A stretch of 54,841 nt of DNA, counting the filler, from Asterionella formosa (Eukaryota): NCBI GenBank assembly GCA_002256025.1. It is 5 parts of 5 records of this genome, joined end to end, with 100 filler letters (N's around TTAATTAATTAA, not from the genome) between each part and the next. Parts side by side here need not be neighbours in the genome. Positions count along the whole stretch, not along the records: positions 21,990 to 32,881 come from NKIB01009044.1; positions 32,982 to 43,864 come from NKIB01009047.1; 3 more parts are not named here. The stretch is one strand, 5' to 3'. Under the pieces are notes generated by a model. That model did no database searches, was not told where the DNA came from, and saw nothing but the letters and a program-made list of their open reading frames with translations. Shown one piece after another: positions 23,071 to 36,160 of the stretch. Made by a program: the position numbers and the translations under genes. Each line of letters starts with the position of its first letter. The stretch's first letter is position 1.

Positions 23071-25347
23071 GGTTGCGCCCCGGCTTAACCCTAGTTTGGA
23101 GAAAACATCGCTAGGGTTGTAAAAACTGCAGGGAACAGGGAGTTTTCTACTGTGAATTCCAATGATTTGAATGTCCATTTGAATTTTTGAATCAAATAGG
23201 AATCGGCGCCAGATTGATAGAGTTCCATTTTAAACGAACCAAATTTGATATTTAAGGTTGCGGCCCTGCAGTTACAAATTGCGAACTCCGTTTTATCCCA
23301 ATATATTTTTATGATGTACCTCAATCCACACATCTCGTACAAGTAAATATAATAGTTAAAGGTTAAATTAGCTTTCACCATTATGACCACTTTGCATATG
23401 CTTAGATACTGTCATTGCTGAACTTAGGGGTATGATTTATATACAGATATGTTAAGGACCCCATTTCTGGAGAGAAGTGGCAGTTATGTATCAGAGATTC
23501 GTAACTACCGCAAAAATAGTCAAAAAAGGGGGCTACGAAGCTTTTCAAAGAAGCTACGATACATAACTGCCACTTCTCTCCAGAAGTTAACTCCTGACGT
23601 AAAAGTTAACTCCTGACGTAATAGGGGGTACACGGCATCTATTTTAATCGTCATGAAACCCCGCAGATGTAGAGCAATCCTCTTCCAAAAAGTCGACCCG
23701 AAAGGCTTTTTCAAGAGTTGCCAAAATGTTGGAATCGGAATTAGTACATGCAAAAACGTTCTCGTAGATTTATGCATAGGTATGTTTTGCTGAATAATTC
23801 TCTGTCCGAAAAGACTCCAGGGTAAGCTCCCGCGTCTCTACACATATTCTGATTGGTTGAATTTAATTTTCTCATCTGCTCCAGATCGGCTACAGTATCC
23901 CGGTCTTGTAAAATTACGCCAGCCAAACTTGAACCATATGTATTACATAATCCATCGTCATTAACCAAGATTATGTACTACCGGTACCAGGTACCCTGTT
24001 ACACCGTTACTCCGGTATTGGTTTATATATTGGTATGTGCCTTTTAGTGTACCAGTAGAGTAAAACCGGTACCGGTATGCCTTTTGGGGGTGCCAGATAG
24101 AGTAATCATAAATCTACCAACTGCAACTAAGAGTCAATATAAACGCATAAAAAATATCATGAGTACCCGGTATACACTAAGGCATGCTCCTGATTTATAT
24201 ATGTGTTTTGGCGTGGAACAAAATTAAGTCTACATACAGCAACGTAGATATAGTCTTACGTTTAAATATCATTTTTGTTTTTTTAAATGGAAATCTATCT
24301 ATCTGGCGCTGACTCCTATTTAATTCAAATATTCAAATGGACACTCAAATCATGGGAACTCATAGCAGCAAACTCCCTCTTCCATGCCATTTTACAACCC
24401 TAGCGACGTTTTCTCCCAACTAGGGTTAAGCCGAGGGCCGCAACCTTAAACGTTTTTACTGTATGTAGACATAATTTTGTTTGATACCAAAACATGAACG
24501 GCATATAAATCAGGAGTATGCCAACATGTATTCTCATGGTTCGTGCATGATTATAGGTTTGTATTGAATTTTCATTGCTGTATGTAGTTTCAATATTAAT
24601 CCATGCACAAAGGTATATACCGGTATGTAAATCAGTACCGGAGTCACTACCAGTTAGTACCGGCACTGATATTACCTACCAGTTTTCAGGACATCTAATA
24701 CGTGTGGTTCAAGTGTGGCTGGCGTGATTTTACAAGAGTGGGATACTTCAGCAAATCTGGAGCAGGTGAGTAAAATCAATTCAACCAATCAGAATATGCG
24801 TAGTGATGCGGGAACTTTCCCTGGAGATTTTTTGGACTGAGAATGATTCAGCAAAACATACCTACGCAAGACTTTAACTATACAAGAATGTTTTTCCACA
24901 TACAAATCGTACAAATTCTGAATCCAATATATTGGAGACAGTTGAAAAAGCCGACCGGGTCGACTTTTTGGAGGAGGATTGCTTGACATCTATGGGGTTT
25001 CATGAAGAATGAAATAGATTGCCGTTTACCCTATAATGTTAGGAGTTAACTTCTGCAGAGAAGTGGCAGTTATCCCTCGTAGATTTTTTCAAAATCTTGA
25101 TAGCCCCCTTTTTTGAGTATTTTTTGTATATTCACGATTCCAAGAGGGAAAACTGCCACTTCTCTCCAGAAATGATGTCCTTACCAAATCTGAATATTGA
25201 TTATTCATTAAGTCGAGGAATGACTGTTTCCAAGATATTCAAAGTGGTCGTATTGGTTAAAGCTAACTATTATGTAGATTGAAGTACATCATACAATTAT
25301 TTTGGAAAAAAGCAGACCTTGCGATGTGTAACTGTGGGGCTGCAACC
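23071..25347 (+). mobile_element. Non-autonomous TIR element (Kolobok-like), outer copy, ~1.08 kb excluding the insert
   Basis: TTAA|GGTTGCGCCCC...GGGGCTGCAACC|TTAA. Interrupted at an internal TTAA (23252-55/24446-49). No ORF. Confidence 0.85.
23256..24445 (-). mobile_element. Non-autonomous TIR element (Kolobok-like), inner copy of the same family, inverted, 1190 bp
   Basis: Perfect 12-bp TIR GGTTGCGGCCCT/AGGGCCGCAACC with TTAA on both sides. 23256-23945 matches the reverse complement of 24695-25347. 24170-24445 matches the reverse complement of 23071-23255 joined to 24450-24525. Confidence 0.9.
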
Positions 25348-26949
25348 TTAAGTAGCTTTTGTCCAAAATTTACCAGGTCAAAATGGAGTAAATTCTACAT
25401 GGCAGGAAGAATTACTTATTTCAGTGGTAGATAATACTTTCCAACCCTACAAACTAGGTTAGGGTTAACAGTAATGTACTATTTCCAGAAAATTCTACCC
25501 ATCATTGGTTTGCTTTATGCCATACAAGAAACTTGCCACTTAGAATAGCCTGACCAGGTGCAGCTACCCAGCCAACCAGCAGGTCTATTTCTGTCAATGA
25601 AGTGATCAAGGCATTGGAGACAAATGAGATGAGAAAACAAGGTAAATGATAAGCACCAGCAGCATGGCCATAATTCTGTGCACCCGGAAATCGATATTGC
25701 ATGCTAGCTAATTATGAGACAACGTGAACAAGCCAACTACCGGTATACAAAAGACTCAAAAACAAAGATGACAGGACAACAAAAGCATTATAAAATTAGG
25801 GCTATTGAAAAGATGAAAAAAATGCTAGCAGCAGAACCACAAAAGTTGGTGCAGGTGCTGGCAGCACACCACAGTAACATTACATTGCCATCAATAATAA
25901 TGGAAGTGACAAAGCAACAACAATGAAGAAGACCGAAAGAGATTCGAAACACATCTAAAATATATCAATAATTTTTATAGCGCAATAGTCCTAGCCTACT
26001 AGTAGCTACAGAATTGTATTGTCGAAAGATCACATTTTTTGCATAAAAGTGTCGGAAAATGCATAAACCGTCAGTCAGGGGAGTTCGTGATCATTTCCGA
26101 GACGCAAAATTTTTATTCGCGTAAAGAGCAAGCAGTCTATTGTCGAATGGCTGAAAGTATGTCTATAGGAAGCTGTCAAATGACCTTATCAAGATTCCAT
26201 AAAAATATGAACCACGACAATTAGTGTGTACATGAAAGTCACTACAAATCTGACGTAGAGGAATTTGTTGCATCTTGAAATGTTGTTCCCTCTCCGAGAA
26301 TACTGTCGCTCAGGTTTTCTAATCTATTTCTACAAAACATAGAAAACCTTATCTAGTTAAAGTTATCAAGCTAATCATCGCGGACTCAAAACTGTCGCTA
26401 CTTTGGTCATATCTTCAAAACTGAGCAAATGACGACCAAAAACAACTTTCAGCGCCGATTTCAACTTTTTGTTGTCAATACTAGTGCAAAAAATTTAATT
26501 ATTGAACGATATTCTCGTCTATGTTAGTTTACATACATGTGCGAAATAGGAATTGTTCATTGTCAATATTCGTGAAGATATTCAACTCCATAATTTCGTC
26601 ATGGTCAAGATGGAGTTGCTGTCTCATCGACCTCATACCACAGGCTGCTGTACAAACACACATGCAAGTACTGGTAGTACATACCCAGTACACAGTGGTA
26701 TGTATTCCAAGCATACCGGTATATGATATAGATCACTATGTACATGTGTTGTGGTACCAGCAGTTGGAATTCACATGTAACTCTGCACTGGCCACACTGG
26801 TATATACGAATCAAATAGCAATCGCATTCTACATAATTGCGATATAAAACAATAATACATTTTTTAATGTGGCCATAGACAGTACCGGTATACCCCGGTA
26901 CCAGTACCAGGTACCAGTAATATATATGTATGGCAAAAGCTCTCAGTTT

Positions 26950-28465
26950 CGTTTGTCATGTTGTGGCTGAGAGCGACAACTTAACGAGAACAGGTCGAGG
27001 CCGTTTTGGACTCGGGAAGAGCCAACAGTCCCCTAGAAGCTCACCGTTGGCATTCCTTCGTTCGAATCCATGGCGTGTGAAGCATGCATCAAGCTGATTA
27101 GCATTTTGCCCCATTCGGCTGGTGCTTCCGGAAAACAGCTAGACCAGTTGTTTCTCAACTTTGTGAATGTACTGATGTCTCTGATCGAAAACCTTCAACC
27201 AAACCAGCAGCTGGTACTCCCCGGTGGGTTGCAGCGGACGGAGTATGGGCACCTTTGCCAGTTTTCCTTTACTGTCTGCAACACAGGACGAGATGGACTG
27301 CAGTATTATCCATCGAGTTTTGATTCCGAAGCTGGGCGTCAATTGAAGCAAATGGCGATGACAATTTGGAACATACCTGCTCTACGAATTATGCACTCTA
27401 CCTTTTGGGTTGTCTTTTTCAGAATGCAGGTTTACCCCTCAAAGAGAAATAGCGCCGAATTCTTATACACTAACTCCTACCGTCCCTGAATGCGCAGCCC
27501 TTGCTGCCGAACTTGGACCAAGGACCTCATGAATTTTTGGAACCTCCAGACGAATTCTCGGCCTTGTCCTTTCATCCTCTTGCTCGTTTGGTATTAACTA
27601 CCACTCCATCAATAGGAGCTTGTCCGGCAAAGTATTCGGCCTTACTAGTGATGAATGCCGCAGTTGACTTGGCCTATGCGGAGGTAGAGAACGCCCCACC
27701 ATCTTCTATGGATCCTGAAGATAGTCGTATTTTGAAATTGACTGGTCGTAATCTTGCGAACTACGCGTCGACCATAGACCCCTTGTCAGTCGGCAATGGT
27801 TTCTCTTTAGGTCTGCCGCAGTCCAAACCGGTCCTGGTGCCTTCCAAGGTTTCCTGTCGTTGTTCGGAAAATCGAAGACAGAGCGGCAGCGATTATCGTC
27901 TGCAGACCCGACTACAGTTGTCAGTTCCTGTGGCGAAAAATTCCAAAAATCAAGAGGCAAGCCTATTCCGGTTGAAAACGAGGATGATGTCCTTCATTTG
28001 ACAAAAGAGGAATTGCCTTCATTTGGAAACGTGATGTCACCGTCAGATGCTGAGCGATTCATTCACTTCTTAACTGTCCCTTACATACGAATTCCTCTCA
28101 TTTTAGACTTCTTCGCAAATGGTGACCCTGGACGGCAAAACCAAGTCTTTGCAGCTGATTGTTGATGCATGCCTGTTTGAGCCAGGAAATTGGCGACCCA
28201 CTGATTTCACGGACATCATAACAGAAGTTCCAGTAGTGGATCGAGAGAAGCTGAAGGTTCTTCTGGCGACCCCTCATGGCACTCTCTTCAATGAGATCGC
28301 CAAGTCTCCTGACGTTTTAACATCGTGTGTAATCAAAATTTTTGAAAGGGCGCTTGACATGGACATTGGGAAGTACACAAAGGTGTCATCGTCTGGCCCA
28401 TTGATTATGTAAACAATTCGGTTGGCTGTTCGCATTGAAGGATATATGAAATACGCATTAAGCAA
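26950..28465 (+). pseudogene. Frameshifted fragment of a large conserved protist protein (possibly DUF3638/DUF3645-containing family)
   Basis: Consecutive protein-like ORFs in shifting frames (27070-27489, 27501-, 27860-28165, 28119-28412), e.g. ERFIHFLTVPYIRIPLILDFFA, LQLIVDACLFEPGNW, LATPHGTLFNEIAKSP. It stops abruptly where the non-LTR element begins. The family name is from recollection only. Confidence 0.55.
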
Positions 28466-30720
28466 GTGCTTGGGTTAATTTGTCTCGCTCTCTGCTTCCT
28501 GGCGACCTCTGGGAAGAAGTTATCCAGGTTTGCTTGTCGTTTGGCATTCATTTCCACTTCATATTACATAGACTGTGAGGGGAGGTCATCCTTATGGGCT
28601 TTAATCCACTTAATTTTTGCAGTGATTGGTAGCTTTTTCATGAGATCCGAAATTGAGGATACCATGTCTGCGTTTGCTGGGGGCCTACCTGAGTGCCTTG
28701 TCCATGCCAAAAAATTCAGCCTCGCAAGCGAGGCCGCACTATCACTCCAGATGTGTACCACTGAGTCTGTTTCAATCTTATGGAAAGAAAGAATGTGGCA
28801 AGAAACAGGAGGCTGGATGCTATCCCAAACAGTTCCGCTCTTGTTGAGCTATTTGCTTGAGTCACTCCGTCCACTGGATCGGAACAAACAGCTATAGTGC
28901 TTCTGGTAGTGTTATGGTCTTGATAAGTTTAAGCACCATCAAAATGAGCATCGACTATCAGATGTCATGGAGCCATCAGTAGCCATATTGACTTTGAGTC
29001 CCAGGTGTTGGTGCCTAATTAGTCTCTCTTTGCCCGCCGATGGTGCCATATAGAGGTGTTCCAACCACAGTCTCAGGTGATAGTGGGGAAGATACGCTCA
29101 CATATCTTGGTGATGGGGATAACCTTCTAGATTTTTCTCTTCATCTAGGGTTGTTTGTCTATATTGGATCCTCCCCGTACTCATCAGATCGCAAGGGAAA
29201 CTTTCTGGTGGGGGTTTACTTGGCTGTCTTGTGCTCTCTTCCCAGTTCACAATCGAAATTTAACCAAGGCCGCTGTGTAGAGATGCTTCTGTGTGTTGAC
29301 CATTTTTTTTCTCTGGGAATATTTCCAAAGAGTCTTTGTTGGGATGTGTAATTTCGTAGTCCATTCCATTGATGGTTCCAATTGCCAACTACCCATTCTT
29401 TGCTTGCTTCAATTGGCTGCCTGAGCTTCTTTGATCCTTATGTGATCAGATGCCTATTTATGGCATCTTTCCAGTCCTGTTGCTGCATTGCTGTTGCTGG
29501 GACTAGTTGCCATGGCCATTCCCATCTTGAGTATCTATCTGGGAGCCAGACACATTCTATGATTTCTGGGAGGATTCATGTCCCATTTGCTGTGGCTATG
29601 TCTGAGATTGTGGAGACTTGTAAATACAGCCGGCCGGCATGCGTTGATGTGAAAAAGCTTGTCGGCGCTTACCCCTTGGTTTGTGAAGCCTTTCATAATG
29701 TGTTCATCGTTTTTGCAGGAATATTTTCACTGACTATTGATTGCTAGTTTCTATTTGTACGTTGTTTCATCCCAGAAAGTCCATAATAGCGGTGACCCAT
29801 GTCATAGTTTAAAATGGAATGTTGAGTTCTGGGTGGAGAAGTAGATATTCTTCTCTCCCTGACTCCAACTGTGATATCCTCACTGAAATATCCATCAGTT
29901 TTCCCACCTTGTCCTCTGCATCATATTTGTGGTACAGGAAACTTGCTACCGCTCTGATTCCTTGTTCCCTTGTAAGATCCACCATGCTGAGACACACTCT
30001 GTCTTTTGGGCCACATACTGTTGCCATTGGGAATTTTTGGTTGAACCCCATTTTTCCTAAACTTGCCTGTCTCGCCTTCTTTTGAGCCTTTTCGAGTTGC
30101 TCTCTTGACAGACCTGTGATTGGCATAGAATATGTCATCTGCTGTGCTGCCCAAAAAGTTGTATGGGCCTGAAGTGCGTCCTTCCTTCTAAGTTTGTGGG
30201 ACAAAGTGAGTCCGGCGAGAAAGTTGCTTTTCCGTTGCAATCTTTCTGCTTGCTTCGTCGTTCCATTGTCCTGATGGACTCATCAACATTCCCAGCGATT
30301 TATTGCTTAAATCTGGTGCTCGATGCCATATTTTCTGTGTGTTTGTTTCTTTTCCTGCCCTAACCTCCAATGCTGGGTATTTTCCTGGGGAAAGCTTGTA
30401 TGTTTCATCTGGGCTTGTGGAATCTCTACTTAAATGAGACATCCTGGGATATCCAAGATTGTCCCACCACCAATGAATAATCTGGTAGTAGCATTTTGAA
30501 AGTTCTAAGGCCCCTCCAGATGAGAATAGTAGTGTCTCGCACAGATGTGCGTGCAAATTCTGACAGAGTTTTCATCATGAATTCTAGAGTCATTGCCGGC
30601 TTGTTGGTACTTCCATTGAACCCTATGGATGTATCATCCAGCCACAAATGCATCTGCATATCTCCTCGAGTGGATGGAGCTGGTGGGATCTTGGAATTTC
30701 ATGTTCTGCTTGGTCTTTTA
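28466..30720 (-). mobile_element. Degenerate non-LTR retrotransposon ORF2 (RT + RNase H; Ambal-like diatom LINE)
   Basis: RT active-site region HLWLDDTSIG, LFSSGGALELSKCY, KSLGMLMSPSGQW, SLGKMGFNQKFP. RNase H motifs ATDGS (~28970-28985), IWSDSAA and IKWIKAHKD. Many stops and frameshifts. Confidence 0.85.
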
Positions 30721-30749
30721 TAATTTCACCAAGGTGGAAACCGCAACAG

Positions 30750-32881
30750 CATACTAAGCACGCATATCAAAAATCATACTACACACCTACAGGGTCTTTT
30801 ACGTAGCGCATTGGTCGACAAAGTACCCCTCTCCACCATGGCGGAAAGTTCGCTTCCCCGCGATCGCAATGACAATATGAACAAATCCAACACGGCATCA
30901 ATCTCAACATTCGGCGTTTATCTCCAATTCGAAATACTGAGGGAAACGATGAATCCATGATTGACTTCGAGGCGGAATACGCTTTGATGACAACAGAACC
31001 ACAATATGACCCAAAAAAGATCAGTTGGATGTTACGGACATGTCAACAATGAATGACGACAGTATTCCGTTAGGCGGAGAACAGAAGTTGAGATACAACC
31101 CATCCAACGCAAACCGCGGTCCACCAATACAATCTCTATGACAACCCGATGGCAGTAAAGGATGTCTATCCCACAGTTTACAATGAGAAGATTTACAATG
31201 AACCGAATTCTATACTTCAAAACAGTAAGGCGATCATGAATATGAAGCCAAGATTTGAAAAGATCGATAAGAAACAGTCCTCAGCAACAGGCATATTAAC
31301 ACAAGGTACACTACAGAAATACGATGAGGAATTGAGGCCCAGCACTCAAAATACAAATAATAGGAAGGATGCTGCCCCCTTAAAAGTCTACGATGGAGAA
31401 TGACAGGATACAACGGAGATCTTTAGTCAGAAATCATGCAACAATCAGTACCACAAGGAAGGGAAAACAAAACATGTGAATCATCAGGTGGAGAATCCTG
31501 CCTTACAAGTATTTGACAGTGGTTTTCAAAAGAAACTACAGATGATTCGATTCCAGCTAAGAACACAAAGCAACACTATGATGAAACAAAACAATCAAGG
31601 ACTAAAAGTCCAGAGACCCTGATGAATGAGAAACAAATCGAAAGTCATCACAATTGGATACAAACACAGTAATTCACCAACAACATTACGAGGACAAAAT
31701 TCTGCTTTCCCCCAAGAGCAATGCAAAGATGATCACAGTAACAACATCTGTTATTGATGCAGAACGGGGAGAACCCAATGACACAAGGGACACAACCATC
31801 GAGGACAATCACCACTTGAATAAGACAAGGAAACCGAAACACAACATGAATCAGGCAACAATGATGGATGCACCTTCTTATGAACAGAAAGAAAACACAA
31901 CTTACAAAGAATGGACTAACAAGCATGCAAGCATGACGACAAGGAAGACTGGACAACTGTTCTCTTTTCTAAGCGCAAATCAAAGATGAATCAGACCACA
32001 CTGATTAGACCTCCAGTACCATCCTTGGGAAGGGGTGGAGGCCTCACAACGATCTATCAGACTCAAGTAAGTCTAAGACGCACTCCCGAAATATCGTCAA
32101 AGACTATACTACTTAAATTAAATGAGAACAGTGAGCCTAATAAATCCTTGGGGGGGGGGGGAAGAGACTTCAACCTTCAAATGAAAAAGACATTGGTGCC
32201 AGCTCATTCCACATCTCTCATCAGCCTTCACAGATTTGGGAAGTCATTACAGCTCCAGTCTTTGAGAAGGGAGAACAAGGAAAAACCATTTCGATTGACA
32301 AAGAAACCACAGTACTAAATGACAACACCAGCTTAGTAAAAACGAGAAAGGCACCAGGTCAGGATACACTATCAGCCGTAGACAATGGTGAAGAACAAGG
32401 CTCACCGGATTCTTATGGAACAGTGAAAAGAGGAAATAACAGTAAACAGGGGATAGTAAATAGCGGAAGTCATGAAACCTTTGTGTCATTTAAAATAGCT
32501 CGATCAGATGAAAGTGCCAGTGACACATCTATTATGACAATCATGCGAGCTACTATAAAAGCAATTCTCAAAACAGAAAGAGAAATCAATATCATCGCTC
32601 CAACAATTCAGAATCAACCACCAATGATCACAAGGAAGAATGGATGTATCCCAGCTGCTGAAGAAACCAAATTGATCAGACAGTATATCCATAAGGGTAT
32701 AATGACGAAAGAAGCATTTCATGGTATCCTCAGCATTGAAAAGGAGCCCATATCGTTGGATCTACTTACTCACGCAAAGCTTAAAAAATTACATTATATG
32801 CACAAGGTTCTTCAGCTGCCATTTGGGGTTTCTCAAGTGTTCATGGCAGGAGTTCTATATGGTACAATGGCACAAGAAAAC
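30750..32881 (+). mobile_element. Decayed A-rich coding-like region, possibly ORF1 of a non-LTR element
   Basis: Chain of broken K/N/T/Q-rich ORFs after ATG 30838 with a strong A skew, abutting the RT remnant. No diagnostic motif. Confidence 0.3.
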
Positions 32882-33467
32882 NNNNNNNNNNNNNNNNNNN
32901 NNNNNNNNNNNNNNNNNNNNNNNNNTTAATTAATTAANNNNNNNNNNNNNNNNNNNNNNNNNNNNNNNNNNNNNNNNNNNNTAGTTTGCTACGTAGGGTC
33001 GTATCGTATGTGCTAACTACCGGTATACCAAGAACGAACAAGTATACCTGTAGGTATATACCAGTAGAAGAACCATGATACACACCACGATTAATTGTTG
33101 TCCGTTGTTGTGCGTTGGCTGCTGGCATGATTTCCTCAATCAGCTCGAGAGCAGCAGTGCGTACGGAGTGGATGTTAATCATGCAGATATGATGTCATGT
33201 CCCTACATTTGTACCAGGTAGACTAGTAGTACCGGTACCGGTAGTAATGTAGAGTACCAGGTACCAGTTTCTCCTTCTGTACATGTACCAGGTGCTCCGG
33301 GGTACCAGGGTATCATGTACAAGCGTTCGATTATTTTATTTCATTTGTAACAAATTTCATCCTTATTATTTCTAATCATATATCATCATTATTGTTTGCT
33401 CCTTTGAAAGGGTAGCCCACACACAGCTCATCATATCTAGTTGAAGTTATAGTACGGACACAACCAA

Positions 33468-35623
33468 ATGCCAAGAGAACGCAGGAGCGGAAGCAGCAGT
33501 ACTCCCAAGAAGGAAAAGGCAAGTAAGGAGCAGCCTGGGCTTCGCGATCTTGTCCAGCGACGACTGATCAAGGATGTCTTTCATCGAACGGCAGGTACGT
33601 TGGCTTCGCATGCGTGTCTTGTGTGTTGTCGGGAGTTGTGCACAATACTGTTGCCTAATGTAACGAGCATTCACAGAACTGCAAGATGGATGGATGGTGC
33701 TTGTCGTGGACAATCCAGCCATGCGTGTCTTGTCCAGCGCCGTGGGAATGTACGACATTATGGAACAGAAAGTAACAGTTGTGGAGGACATTAACAAGAA
33801 GAGAGCGCCCTTTACGGATATGGGGGTCATTTATCTTTTGAACTGCAACGAAGACTCGGTCAATCGATTGGTGGCGGACTGGAGCGACAAGCCCATGTAC
33901 GGGAACTCGGTATACATTTACTTTTTGAATCGCATGTCGGACAAGCTATTTGAGAAAATCAAGGAATGCCGACCTTTGGTCAAGCGCATTAAAGCTCTGT
34001 CGGAAGTTAATTGCGACTTTCTGGCCAAGGAACTGAGGGCCTTTCATTTGGACATGCGAAACGCTTTTCAACCGCTCTATGTCCGCAACAAGCGATCCAA
34101 GATTGAAAATCGTATCGCAGAAAAATTGGTCACACTCATGGCCACTATGAACGAGTTGCCTCATGTACGCTACACCAGAGAGTCGCCAACTGCATCGACG
34201 TTGGCGAAAACGTTCCACGTCAAGATGGAACAGTTTGCTCGCAACAACCACGAATTCTGGTATAATGGCGACACGGCACACAATGAACGCGACCGAGGTG
34301 TCTTGCTGATTTTGGATCGCAGGGATGATTGCTTGACTCCCTTGATGCATGACTTTACCTACCAGTCGATGGCCAATGACTTGCTGCCCATGAAAGAAGA
34401 CCAGATATCATACAGACCAGATGACAATGATGATGATGACGACGATGACGACGACGATGAGGAGGAGGAGGAACGAGTCAAGGCAAAGGGTCCTGGCTCA
34501 ATGGAAGTTTTGTTGAATGAGACTGACAAGATTTGGGTAGAACTCCGTGGTAAGCATATTGCTGCTGTCATTCAGATTTTATCAGCTCGGATTCAAGAAA
34601 TGTTGAACAGCGATACACATACTTTTGGTGGTAAAGGCGAAGGAAAAACCATGTCACTCTCGCAAATGTCAGCTGCATTGAAGGCATTGCCAGAATACAA
34701 GGAAGTCATTTCCAAGCTTAGTCAGCATATGCATCTGGCACATGATTGCATGGACAAATTCTCAGCCCACAATTTGTTGGAACTTTCCGAGTTGGAACAG
34801 ACGTTAGCCACTGGAAAGACAGAGGATGGGGCGTCACCCAAAATTGAACAATTAATTGATGCTACTGAAAAAATGTTGGCAACACTCAAGAAGCCTGGCG
34901 ACAAACTTCGTTTGCTACTTATTCTAATTGTCAGCCGAAACGGAGTCAAGCCAGCAGACAAGCAGCGACTTTGGGGAGCAGCACGTATTACAAGTGACCA
35001 ACAAAAAGTGCTGGACAATTTGTGTGATCATTTGGATGTTCCAATTTACAAGGCGGAGGATGCTGCTGCAAACAAGAATGTGCTTGCTGGATGGTTTGGG
35101 TGAGTTGCGATGAATAATTTAGTTGGGTGAATGATTGTACAAAACGAACGAAATTTTAACCTCCTTTTGTGCAATCCACTAATGCCATTACAGAAAACAA
35201 AACTCGGGAGGAGACAATTTGGATGAGGATTCTGAATTTGCTAATAGTCGCTATGTGCCTCCAATGAAAAAGATTTTGGAAGCCATGGTTCAGAACAAGC
35301 TGTCGTTTGAGGACTATCCCAGTGTCGTTGCCATGCCGGAACAAGTGGGAGGATCCACTGGTGTGGCCCATTCAGCTCGTAAACGGAGAGAAACAAAAGG
35401 ATCAGCCACCAGCAAATGGCAGCGAGCGGCCCCAAAGGGTGATGGCAAGGCTGGAGATTACTTTGAGGGAGGTCGCATCATTGTGTTTATGATTGGTGGT
35501 ATGTCATTTGCTGAAATACGAGTGTCTCGGGAGGTGCAAGACAAGGAAAACAGGGAAGTGGTGGCTGGGAGCACTTGCTTTATCAAAGCAACAGAGTTCA
35601 TTGAGGAAATTGGTTCATTGTAA
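33468..35623 (+). CDS. SEC1: Sec1/Munc18 (SM) syntaxin-binding protein (~659 aa, 3 exons)
   Basis: Exons 33468-33594, 33677-35099, 35194-35623, with GTACGT..CAG and GTGAGT..CAG introns that keep the frame. Motifs WMVLVVD, LLILDRRDDCLTPLMHDFTYQSM, WVELRGKHIA, ELEQTLATG, SRYVP, RIIVFMIGGMSFAEIR. Confidence 0.93.
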
Positions 35624-36160
35624 GATTCATGTTCAACGGATCTTCCGTCTTGTGTCGAAAGTTTACACATTTTGAGTAGTAAATAAATGATCGTAGCACT
35701 ATATTCAGTTGAGTACAATGGAGTAGATACTGACAAAGTCAGCATTATATTTTATTAACACCCGCAGGACATGATGTTTTATTAGTTATTCTGTCACGCA
35801 TGTTTAATTTTACTTAAAATTCATGATCCTTGAAATTTCTCGTCCTGCAGGAACTGGTAAAGCTTGGAACTAAAGAAAGGCTCAACAGACAACCATTTAA
35901 TTAATCAAAAAATTCCATACATGCGTACAAAGGGAAAAGTATTATAGTTTGGGCTGATGCCATACGTTTTTTGCCCAAGGATTTGTATAGTATTACTTCC
36001 AGGAGTGTTGCACTAGGGCTTCCATTCTCCACTTTTGCAAATGTTAAATTCCTTGGCAGAACCAAAATCAAGCTGTTCCTAGCATTCAGGATCGATTTTT
36101 GATTTGAATTTAGTGGACTTCTTGTGATTCTCCTGTTGGACGAATTCTGTTGACATTTTG

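Noticed and set aside
23071..25347. piggyBac classification, or two interleaved long-TIR foldback elements
   Set aside because: The termini are GG rather than CC, and the long inverted matches are fully explained by one copy nested inverted within another.
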